Shown: in pieces, positions 21,700-34,600 of the stretch | Numbering within the stretch: the first letter of the stretch is position 1 | Layout of the letters: each line of letters opens with the position of its first letter | Origin: Octopus sinensis | Lineage: Eukaryota | Direction: 5' to 3' | NCBI RefSeq assembly: GCF_006345805.1 | Contig: NC_043000.1 | Location: forward strand, 8,866,001-8,930,000 | Length of the DNA: 64,000 nucleotides | Translations under genes and position numbers: made by a program | The notes under the pieces: model-generated | Seen by the model: the letters and a program-made list of their open reading frames with translations, nothing else | Database searches by the model: none | What the model was told of the DNA's origin: nothing

Positions 21700-23256
21700 A
21701 AAACTGACAGACAGACAGATACATACATACATACATACATACATACATACATACATACATACATACATACATACATACATACATACATACATACATACAT
21801 ACATACATACATACATGCATACATATATCAGGGGATGTATTTTTCAATGGCTATGTTTACTGATTTTTATAAATTACAAATTGTATAGTTTTTCTCTTTT
21901 AACGTTTCTATTCCCCGACACGATTTCCATCGTTTAATTTCCTAAAACTTATTGTTGCTCTTACTGCTATGATTATAAACCATTCTAGTATTAAATCTAG
22001 TAGTAGTAAATATAATTTGTTTAAAATAAACAGTTATCTTTCTACAACTCAATAACCAATTTGTATATTTAAAAAAAACCTTCAACGCCAACAATAATTA
22101 TAATAGTAACTACAGAATTAATATCTGTGTTTCTCATAAAATAAAATTAATATTGTATATTAAATTTTTTATTTTAAGTCTTTTTATGTTTTTGCGTTTT
22201 ACATTTACAGAAAAAATATATAACCTTTGGGAGAAATATTAAATATTTCACAAAAATTTCGTTTTTGATTATAGTTTTTGACTATAGTTACGACCATACA
22301 GGCTTTTTTCTTCAAATTTTTGACTTCGTTTTTCCTTTTTATTTATTTATTTATTTGTATTAGTATACTGCATTCTATATTGTTCACATATTAATGAATT
22401 TACTTTTTACACTTAGTAATTATTCGAGATTATTTTCCTATAATTCGTACATTGTATTCTATTATCAAGCAAGAAATATTCTTATTTTTATTCCTAATAT
22501 ATGTGAAAGACTTAGTCATTGGGGGTGTTTTATAGAATTCAGCTTTCATCTGTTATTACTATTCTCAAGAGTGGTGTATTACTTCAAATCTTTCTCTGTT
22601 AATATCATTCAGTTTTACTATTTTCTTTATATCTTTAACCTCAACTGCTTTCATAAACAACCTCTACTCCAAAGTACATCAAATATCTTAGAAATTGCAT
22701 TTGGTATGGAATCTTGATGCCCGTTGCTTGCTAATATATATATAAACGAAACTAGATATATGCAATCAAAAGAAGTGGTTGATGTGATTTGCTTCAGATA
22801 TATATTAGACGTTTGGAATATCCCAACCTGAAGTGCAATATACCGAATACATTTATTAGTTTAAATTATGACTTGCTTCTCTCTATTTTACAGAAGAATG
22901 ATTTGATATTATTCATATCTAATCAGAAACCCAATGTGAGAGTTAATGATACGAGGGCAGTGATGCCTACTAGCAATTTTCTACCGATAGAATTTCTCCT
23001 TGGGCAACACAACGAATTCATAACCTCTTAGATGACTCCCCTCTACATATCACTAAACTAAGTTCACCTGAAGAACCCCAAATCAGTAAAAGTTAAATGA
23101 TAAAACCATTTTAGCCGGTATTGAACCAGTGGTGAAATGTGGTTTAGATAAAATGTTGGCTACCACTATTAATGCCCAACGCTGTAACTTACAGACTACG
23201 TTAACATCGAACTGCTGCTGTTGCTGCTGCTGCTACTACTGCTACTACTACTACTA

Positions 23257-23304
<48 letters not shown>

Positions 23305-24429
23305 AGTTTTTCAATATTGTATTAATTTCTGCTTCTTCTAATTGCTGTCAATCTGACGAGGTGAATGGTGAAGCACAATGATCATATAGAATAACTTACA
23401 AAGACGCTTTATTGACTTTATGATAAATGTGTTCCTTGCTTTAGAGATGACTTCGCACAGATTCTATGAATTAGCTTTTGATATAATCTTAACTATCACT
23501 AAAATAGTTTTCAAAGTTATTACATCCTAAGTTTATTTGTGTTTTAAGTTTCTCATTTGTCTTATTGCTATAAGACCAGTTTTTAAAATTCTTCTCACCT
23601 TAATGGCGATACATCTCATTCATTAGTCTTAGTAACTTCATAGTTAGAATGTCATACTTGATATCCCTACATATTTTTGTTCCTGGATCTCGGTTTTGTC
23701 GAATATTGCTTCCTGGTCAACAACATCAATGTCTGATCTTTTATTTGCTAACATTCGGCTACACTACTTGTTAAAATCTCAAGATTTACAGTTATTTTAG
23801 ACACAAGCAAACGCGAGGGCCTTTATAAATGAAACTCCACCTCAAATTACTCCGCCCCTGAAAACAGTAGGACACTGTTGAATAAAGTAGTCCTAGATAC
23901 ACTGTACATGAAAAAATCCGGAATGGCCATAGCTGAAAAGACTTTGATTATAAGTTCGCTCGTTCAGAGTCGAGCCGTGGCTTCAAAACAACAAACGTTC
24001 TATTTAGTTACACTTGCAGTTTAGGTATTGGACTGCATCTTTTACCCGGTTCAACGCCATCATCTTCAGTGTCTTTAGCGGCGTATCCTCTGCAAACATT
24101 CGGTGGAGTTCTCCGGTCTGAAGGCTACTTTCTCCTTTCCCCGCCACATTTACCAGACGACCTTTTATTTGTGTTGCACTTTACCTTTTGACTAAACGAT
24201 TGAAATAAAGTAACTGTGTTCATATATCTTTTACTGTCTCTTTCCTAAGTCATATTTCCCACAAAATTTCCAAGCATTGATACTAAACAAGTTCAAATGA
24301 GGTACACAATAAAGTATCGCTCTCTCCTATGTGAGACGGTGCTGCTACTTCGCACACAGTCAACCTCGACAGTATTTCATAAAAAAAACACCCGACTGAT
24401 TGGTATAAAGCCACTCACAGACGACTTAC

Positions 24430-24791
24430 TGCAACCTCCGGTCCACAGGCATGTTGTCTTCTCTCTGCCTTTTCTACAGCTTCTAGAATGGCGTCAGCTC
24501 TTTGGACCTGACTGAGCTCATCGTCACCTACACTTAAGCATTTCTATTTCTCTCTCGTTTCTCTTCTCATCACTTTTTGTGTGTCCTACCCCTCCTGAGG
24601 CCCTGCACTAATCACTATGCCCGATTCTTCCTTCCAAGAACATCGGCTCTCTGAAATTCCAGTTCTCTCTTTCTTTAAATCTTTTTCATGAATGCTGAAG
24701 AACATTAGCAGCATCGATCTACTCGGCCCAGGAAGGCCTGCGAAAGCTATGGTCACTACTTCCTTCAGACATACCAAGTAAAAAGCATAAT
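24430..24791 (-). pseudogene. Exon-like segment with two in-frame TAG codons
   Basis: Strong (T)n-GTTAG acceptor and GCA|GTAAGT donor. A single frame reads DYAFYLVCLKEVV...GPQEG*DTQK...REK*KCLSVGDDELSQVQRADAILEAVEKAERRQHACGPEVA. Confidence 0.3.
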
Positions 24792-26506
24792 CTAACAAAA
24801 AAAAAACACCTTCACATAATGATAGTAAAAACAACGACGAAAGTAAAACACAAAAATTAATGAATTTTAGACGCTATCCGCGCTCAGGATTAACACTAAT
24901 ACCTTCTCCTTGGTTGACTGCAATCCTGCTGCGAGCATTGGGCAACAGGATGATAGCTTTGTACACCCATCACCATTTTCATAGGCCCTGAAAAACTAAG
25001 AGGTTATGGATGCTACCCTTTGCTCTTTAACTAAACAAAATAAAGCAAAAGACAAAACAAACAAAACAAATAACAACATGCCAATGTGTTTTACGTTTAT
25101 TGTCTGCAAATGCTTGTAGACAATAGTTATTACAAAAAAAGAAAGGTAGTGAAATTACATGTGTACGTTTGTGTATATATTTTACCTTTTTATTCTTTTA
25201 CTTGCTTCAGTCAGTTGACTGGAGCACAACCTTGAAGGTCTTTAGTCGAACAAATCAACCACAGGACTTTTATTAAAGCCTAGTTCTTACTCTATTGGTC
25301 TCTGCAGCATTTCACCCGTCCGAGTTCAAAATCCTTCGACTAGCCTCCTTATCCTTAAATTTCGGGCCTTGTGCCTATAATAAAAGCTAATATCACGACT
25401 GTTGTTATTGCCATGTGTAATTAAAGTAGTTTTTATTCTGTTACTGTTGTTCTTGTAGTTGTTGCTGCTGCTGTAGTTGTTACCATTACTGTTGGTGTTC
25501 ATGTTTAACCCTCGATCAGCCCAAACCAAAAAGACATATAATGAAATGCGTGACCACACCGTCGAATGTGTTGTTTGTTCCTCGTCAACGAACATTCAAC
25601 ACCATAATATCCATCGTGTTCCTTTTCATTATGATTCGAAGGAGATTTGGCTGCTAATTTAAGCAGGCAGAGCAACCGCATAGAATCTTCCAGGGCGATG
25701 ATGTGGCTGCAAAGGCATTGTAATGGAATAAATGCTTTTCAGTATTTTGGTTTCGTCAGTTTCCTCTTCTGCCATTATTATATCGTGCAGAGGTCGACCT
25801 CACAGGTCAACACTCAAGGTCGACCTCACAGGTCAACACTCGAGGTTCGACAAAACAAATTACTACTGGAGAGTGACTCAGTCAAACGCATTCTTCCCGT
25901 TGCAATATATTGTGATCTTGTGTAAATGTAAGAGAATATGACTCAAAATTCCACCCGTTTTAAGAGTGGATGGAGGATATAAGCCCCAGAAACGGTAATA
26001 ATCCTATGAGAAGTATCCAACACGTATATTATCAGTTTTGAAAAGCATCATGACTGACAGAGGTGGCGAGAAGAAGAGTTGAAATATTCCTTCATTCTTC
26101 GACAAGCGATCCACATATAAAAATGACTGGAAAAACTAATTGAGTCAACACCATTCTCGATTGTTTTAGCGAGTTTCTTTTCTGCCTTACAAAGATAACG
26201 AGGTGAACAAATACTTTAAAAGAAAAGTTGATTTAGTAGCAGTTGTATCATTTTCTCTGGAGATTGGTTAAATATTGATACGTCAATCGTTAATATAAGA
26301 AGGTAAAAAAAATAGATATTGTTTGTTTTCTGTGTGCTTCATTGATATAAGATGGCCGCAAGTACTTCAGCGCAGATTGTTATACAACGGAGTCGTGCTT
26401 GGAAATTATGTGACACTTCAAGTCCTCAATTTTGCCTGATTAGTAGAGACTACTGATTGTTAAACAGGAACACGCGCTGTTGGTTGATTATATACACTTG
26501 TACACA

Positions 26507-26546
<40 letters not shown>

Positions 26547-26642
26547 TCTATATACATCTATATACATACATAAAGGCACATACGCACGAACACACACACG
26601 CAAATGCATATATATATATATGTGTGTGTGTGTGTATGTATA

Positions 26643-27933
26643 CGAGGGGCGTTCAATAAGTAATGCCTCTGACCCACTTGCAGTTGTTTGATCTAGCTGA
26701 GATTTTGCATGTGCAATTATTTATATCTCTATAGATTAAGTGGCAAATTACAGCTCTGAAATAATTGTGGTTTCTGATTTACAGGTGTTTGAACTGAGTC
26801 AAGTGTGAAATGGAGCCTGTTGAGTGTCGAGCAGTGATTCGGTTTTTGTATTTGAAAGGACGCACACCACAGGAGACTTTTGATGAAATGAAAGTAACTT
26901 ATGGTGATGATGCCCCATCATATGACCTTGTAAAACGCTGGCATCGTGAATTCAAACATGGTCGGAACTCTGTGGAAACAGCTCCCAGATCTGGTCACCC
27001 CCTTCTGCCATTGATGAGGCATCTGTCCGTCAAGTTGAGGCTGCCATTTTGGAAGATCGATGCATAACTATTCGCCAAATAGCCTATGAGGTCAAGATTA
27101 GTACCGGGTCTGTGGAAACTATCATTCATGACCATTTGCATATGAAAAAGGTGTCTGCCAGATGGATTCCCAGGTTGCTCACACCTTTCCAGAAGCAAGA
27201 ACGTGTCGATTGCTCGAGGATGAATTTGGAGATGTGCCAAGAAGATGAGTCAAAATTTTTCAAAAGAATGATTACACAGGATGAAACCTGGGTTCATCAC
27301 TATGATCCAGAGTCCAAAGCCCAGTCAATGCAGTGGAAGCACCGTGACTCACCTCCTCGATAGAAGGCAAGGGTGCAGCCCTCCGCTGACAAGGTCAGGC
27401 TCACAGTCTTCTGGGACCAGGACGGAGTAGTGATGACAGATTTCCTGGCAAAGGGTGTCACAATTACAGGAGTCTATTATGCTTCACTTTTGAGGAAATT
27501 ATGAGAAGCTATCAAAATCAAGAGGTGGGGCAAGATCAGCAAAGGCATCCTCCTCCTGCAGGACAACGCTCCGGTCCACAACTTGCATGTCGCCAGATCA
27601 GAAGCACAGGCGTGCTGCTATGAACTCCTCCCCCATCCCCCTACTCTCCTGACCTTGCACCCTCTGATTTTCACCTCTTCCCAGCAATGAAGTTGTTTTT
27701 GAAAGGAAAGCATTTCACAGATGATGCAGCCTTGATTTCTGAGGTCACGTCGTGGTTGGAGGACCAAGCTGGGGTCTTCTACAAAAATGGTCTTCAGAGC
27801 TGCATCAAACGATGGAAGAAATGCGTAACTCTGGGTGGTTCCTATGTAGGAAAAGACTAATAACTGTGCCAAGTTTCGTTGCTCTACTGCTATGGGAAGT
27901 GGGCCAGGGGCATTACTTATTGAACGCCCCTCG
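26643..27933 (+). mobile_element. Full-length (1291 bp) mariner DNA transposon, inactive
   Basis: TA-flanked TIRs CGAGGGGCGTTCAATAAGTAATGCC / GGCATTACTTATTGAACGCCCCTCG, inserted in a (TATG)n tract. Confidence 0.96.
26810..27860 (+). pseudogene. Mariner DD34D transposase pseudogene
   Basis: MEPVECRAVIRFLYLKG..., WIPRLLT, TQDETWVHHYDPESK, LLQDNAPVH, YSPDLAPSDFHLF, ...GGSYVGKD*. Frameshifts near 27000 and 27640; stops at 27361 and about 27501. Confidence 0.95.
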
Positions 27934-28006
27934 TATATGCATGTATGTATGTATGTATGTATGTATGTATGTATGTATGTATGTATGTATGTATGTATGT
28001 ATGTAT

Positions 28007-28059
28007 GGCAGCGTGCGCGTACGTGTGAGTGGATATGTATTTGTATATGTGTGCGTGTA

Positions 28060-28102
<43 letters not shown>

Positions 28103-28565
28103 CTTATGTATATCTGTCTGTCTACATCTATATCTATCTATTTGTCTATCTCTCTTCCTCTCTCTCAAGAATTTATTGGAGGCTACGCACAAACATAAAT
28201 ATTTATTTGCTTGGTTCTTTAACAATTCAATAAATCAACATTAATATATATTTAATTTGAATATACATTTATTAATTTAATAACTTTATATATAAATATC
28301 AATTTTTGATTGTTTAAAACCCTGAGACCTTTCATTTCATAGCAGTTTACTAGGTCCTTCTAACTATACATGTACAAGCCTATGTATGCATGTAAGTATG
28401 TAGGTATGTATGTATGTATGTACGTATGTATGTATGTATGTACGTATGTATGTATGTTGTATGTATGTATGTATGTATGTATGTATGTATGTATGTATGT
28501 ATGTAGTATGTATGTATGGCAGCGTGCGCGTACGTGTGAGTGGATATGTATTTGTATATGTGTGC

Positions 28566-28613
<48 letters not shown>

Positions 28614-28960
28614 GCTTATGTATATCTGTCTGTCTACATCTATATCTATCTATTTGTCTATCTCTCTTCCTCTCTCTCAAGAATTTATTGGAGGCTACGC
28701 ACAAACATAAATATTTATTTGCTTGGTTCTTTAACAATTCAATAAATCAACATTAATATATATTTAATTTGAATATACATTTATTAATTTAATAACTTTA
28801 TATATAAATATCAATTTTTGATTGTTTAAAACCCTGAGACCTTTCATTTCATAGCAGTTTACTAGGTCCTTCTAACTATACATGTACAAGCCTATGTATG
28901 CATGTAAGTATGTAGGTATGTATGTATGTATGTACGTATGTATGTATGTATGTACGTATG
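28007..28960. repeat. Tandem duplication, period 511 bp, bounded by (TATG)n
   Basis: ggcagcgtgcgcgtacg at 28007 and 28518. The unique parts are nearly identical. Confidence 0.9.
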
Positions 28961-29043
28961 TATGTATGTATGTATGTATGTATGTATGTATGTATGTATG
29001 TATGTATGTATGTATGTATCTATCTATCTATCTATCTACCTAC

Positions 29044-29114
<71 letters not shown>

Positions 29115-29119
29115 CCTAC

Positions 29120-29171
<52 letters not shown>

Positions 29172-30079
29172 ATTTCTTTGTGCGGGCTTGTGCGATATTT
29201 GAATTCATTTCGCAACAGTACATGGTTAAATACCACAAGATATTTTAATTATCACTTTAATTATTCTAACTTCAGTTACTCTCAATAAAGCACGAAAATG
29301 ATAAAATTAGCTGAATATCTGAAAATGCATTTAGACGATGGTTTGACCAGTAGCCACTATGATTTCATTAGCCCAAAGATACTGTCTTTTAAAGCTACAT
29401 GCTGTACTATAATTGCTATAAATTTGAATTGCATCAGAAGGATTATACTTTCAGCCAAATGCATGAGAGATCTGGGTGGGGACAGTGAAATGAAATAATA
29501 TTTAAGAAAAAGAAAAACAGAGAATCTCACAGAACCAAGATAAAATGTACAAATAGTTAAGGGTAGGAAAGCATCGCGTCTTTTAAAGAACGTTAATATA
29601 TAATTGGGATCATACCAATTCATAGCAAAAGAAAATTATCTAAGTTTTCAGACTAAGGCTTAGCTGAACTGGAAGGTTTATTGAGAAGCTAAATATTACT
29701 GAAATAGATTGGAAATCGGTATAAATGTACTCGATCATTCCACCAAAATGTGTGGCCTTGTGCAAAAGATAAAATCCTTAATATAATTACAAATTGGAGT
29801 GTAGATAATATTTGTCAAAAACCGAATGAAGTAAGATATAATCAAAAGATATACATATATGAAATAACACGTGTATATCTGACTCTCTATATAGGCATTA
29901 TGGTGGTTTATATATAAAAATATGTATAGCAAATTAATAAGAATATTCAAAAATCTTTAATTTCAGAATCCTATGTCTAAGGCTTTTCTATACTGAAATA
30001 AAACACACGCACACACGTGCACGCGCGCGTGTGTATTTATATATAACCATATACATAAATATATATTATATATACCTAT

Positions 30080-30122
<43 letters not shown>

Positions 30123-30524
30123 CATACATATATATATACATATATATTTATATACTTGATATATATACATATATATGTGTGTGTGTATATATGTATGTAT
30201 ATGTATATATGCATGTATGTATTTATATATGTATGTATATGTATATATTCATATATGTATGTATATATGTATGTATATTTGTATACATACAAATATACAT
30301 ACATATATACACACATCTGTATATGTATGTGAGTATGTATGTATATTATACATGGATGGATGGATTCTTATTAGAAAGAGATATTATTAAAACCTATTTT
30401 GATAAAATGTAAAAACTGATACACAGGTTAAAATTTATTCATGAATAAAATAATTTTATAAAATAAGTGGAAATTTCATAATCATTCTTAGAATATTATT
30501 GGAAATCCAATATTACAAATCCAT

Positions 30525-30593
<69 letters not shown>

Positions 30594-31625
30594 CAGTAGT
30601 AGTAGCAGTAGTAGTAGTAGTTATGGTGGTGGTGTTAGTAGTAGTGGGTTGATGGAGTCGTGGTAGTGGTGGTGGCTGTGGTTGTGTAGGTGACAATGGC
30701 GATTTGCTTTTGTCTTTTTTTCTCTCATATTGAATGATTCTGTCGTTTTTATTTAAACCTTGGTCAACCCTGTTTCAGTTGAAGACCTTCCAGTTTGTGT
30801 GTTCGTGAGTGTGTGTGTGTGTATGCGTGTGTGTGTGTGAGAGAGAGAGAGAGAGCGTATCTAGTAATACATTATCTAATACGTCTTTATCGTATGATGT
30901 AGCTCATCTTTCTAGGATGTTGTATGGATGCCATGCGTGCCCAGCATTAGCTAGACTAATAATTAACTTTTTAAAAAAATTTACTTCTAAATAATCGAAA
31001 CATGTTAGATGACGTTGGTACAGTTAAAAGGGTAGTAGAAACAATAGATTAAAGCACCTCGATTGAAAGAAATGGAACCGAAAGTGCTACACCGCAGTGT
31101 TTGGTTTTGGCCCTTCGTGACAACGTTGTATGCGTGTTTTAAAACAAAATAATCTCGCTTTAAATTTATCAACAGTTAAAATTCTACAATTTTTAAAATC
31201 TAGAATGTTTACATTTAAAATGCTTACAATTTACGCCTACATTAATTAAATTAAGTGAACTTAATTTTACTCTATCTCATTCCTTTGATTTTTATAGAAT
31301 AGAACACGTTGCGATTTATAATAACCATAACATGGTTATTAAAAACCATTTTACTTAATAGTACAATTTTTCAAAGAGAACTTCATAGGCTGTATAGCTT
31401 ATTATGATTTCTAGAAAATTGTGCAAGCTACGAATTGTCTATATACCTGTTCTCTCGTTGAAGCGAAATGAAATTCTTGTAGAGGTTGCAAAGCTGTTTA
31501 ACGGATTACTACCACTTTATTGTGCAAAATGCGATAGATAAATCTCCCACAAGTTTAAGGTCCATTGGTGTGGCGGAAGTAAATTTAGGCTGATGGTAAT
31601 AGTGCTTTCATAAAATGTGTTTTCT

Positions 31626-34600
31626 TTAGTTACCATTGTGATTTGGATCATTACTCAAACGCGCAATTAGTAACGATCCATTGTGATTTGGATCATTACT
31701 CAAACGCACAATGAGTAACGATCCATTGTGATTTGGATCGTTACTCAAACGCGCAATGAGTAACGATCCATTGTGATTTGGATCATTATTCAAACGCGCA
31801 ATGAGTAACGATACATTGTGATTTGGATCATTAGTCAAACGCACAACGAGTAACGATCCATTGTGATATGGATCATTACTCAAACGTACAATGAGTAACG
31901 ATCCAATGTGATTTGGATCATTACTCAAACGCGCAATGAGTAACGATCCATTGTGATTTGGATCATTATTCAAACGCGCAATGAGTAACGATCCATTGTG
32001 ATTTGGATCATTAGTCAAACGCACAACGAGTAACGATCCATTGTGATATGGATCATTACTCAAACGTACAATGAGTAACGATCCAATGTGATTTGGATCA
32101 TTACTCAAACGCGCAATGAGTAACGATCCATTGTGATTTGGATCATTATTCAAACGCACAATGAGTAACGATCCATTGTGATTTGGATCATTACTCAAAC
32201 GTACAACGAGTAACGATCCATTGTGATTTGGATCATTGCTCAAACGTACAACGAGTAACGATCCATTGTGATTTGGATCATTACTCAAACGTAGAACGAG
32301 TAACGATCCATTGTGATTTGGATCATTACTCAAACGTACAATGAGTAACAATCCATTGTGATTTGGATCATTACTCAAACGCGCAATGAGTAACGATCCA
32401 TTGTGATTTGGATCATTACTCAAACGCACAATGAGTAACGATCCATTGTGATTTGGATCATTACTAAAACGCACAATGAGTAACGATCCATTGTGATTTG
32501 GATCATTACTCAAACGCGCAATGAGTAACGATCCATTGTGATTTGGATCATTACTCAAACGCGCAATGAGTAACGATCCATTGTGATTTGGATCATTACT
32601 CAAACGCGCAATGAGTAACGATCCATTGTGATTTGGATCATTACTCAAACGCACAATGAGTAACGATCCCTTGTGATTTGGATCATTACTCAAACACACA
32701 ATGAGTAACGATCCATTGTGATTTGGATCATTATTCAAACGCGCAATGAGTAACGATCCATTGTGATTTGGATCATTACTCAAACGCACAATGAGTAACG
32801 ATCCATTGTGATTTGGACCATTACTCAAACGCACAATGAGTAACGATCCATTGTGATTTGGATCATTATTCAAACGCACAATGAGTAACGATCCATTGTG
32901 ATTTGGATCATTACTCAAACGCGCAATGAGTAACGATCCATTGTGATTTGGATCATTACTCAAACGCGCAATGAGTAATGATCCATTGTGATATGGATCA
33001 TTACTCAAACGCGCAATGAGTAACGATCCATTGTGATTTGGGTCATTACTCAAACGCACAAAGAGTAACGATCAATTAAGATTTGGATCATTACTCAAAC
33101 GCACAATGAGTAACGATCCATTGTGATTTGGATCATTACTCAAACGCACAATGAGTAACGATCCATTGTGATTTGGATCATTACTCAAACGCGCAATGAG
33201 TAACGATCCATTGTGATTTGGATCGTTACTCAAACGCGCAATGAGTAACGATCCATTGTGATTTGGATCATTACTCAAACACACAATGAGTAACGATCCT
33301 TTGTGATTTGGATCATTACTCAAACGCGCAATGAGTAACGATCCATTGTGATTTGGATCATTAATCAAACGTACAACGAGTAATGATCCATTGTGATTTG
33401 GATCATTACTCAAACGCGCAATGAGTAACGATCCATTGTGATTTGGATCATTACTCAAACGTACGACAAGTAATGATCCATTGTGATTTGGATCATTACT
33501 CAAACGCACAATGAGTAATGATCCATTGTGATTTGGATCATTATTCAAACGCACAATGAGTAACGATCCATTGTGATTTGGATCATTACTCAAACGCACA
33601 ATGAGTAACGATCCATTGTGATTTGGGTCATTACTCAAACGCAAAATGAGTAACGATCCATTGAGATTTGGATCATTACTCAAACGCGCAATGAGTAACG
33701 ATACATGGTGATTTGGATCATTACTCAAACGCAAAATGAGTAACGATCTATTGTGATTTGGATCATTACTCAAACGCACAATGAGTAACGATCCATGGTG
33801 ATTTGGATCATTACTCAAACGCACAATGAGTAACGATCCATTGTGATTTGGATCATTACTCAAACGCGCAATGAGTAACGATCCATTGTGATTTGGATCG
33901 TTATTCAAACGCGCAATGAGTAACGATCCATTGTGATTTGGATCATTACTCAAACGCACAATGAGTAACGATCCATTGTGATTTGGATCATTGCTCAAAC
34001 TCGCAATGAGAAACGATCCATTATGATTTGGATCATTACTCAAACGTACACCGAGTAATGATCCATTGTGATTTGGATCATTATTCAAACGCACAATGAG
34101 TAACGATCCAGTGTGATTTGGATCATTACTCAAACGCGCAATGAGTAATGTTCCATTGTGATTTCGATCATTACTCAAACGTACAACGAGTAATGATCCA
34201 TTGTGATTTGGATCATTACTCAAACGTGCAATGAGTAACGATCCATTGTGATTTGGATCATTACTCAAACGTACGAGTAATGATCCATTGTGATTTGGAT
34301 CATTACTCAAACGCACAATGAGTAATGATCCATTGTGATTTGGATCATTACTCAAATGCACAATGAGTAACGATCCATTGTGATTTGGATCGTTACTCAA
34401 ACGCACACTGAGTATCGATCCATTGTGATTTGGATCATTACTCAAACGCAGAATGAGTAACGATCCATTGTGATTTGGATCATTACTCAAACGCGCAATG
34501 AGTAACGATCCATTGTGATTTGGATCATTACTCAAACGCACAACGAGTAACGATCCATTGTGATTTGGATCATTACTCAATCGCGCAATGAGTAACGATC

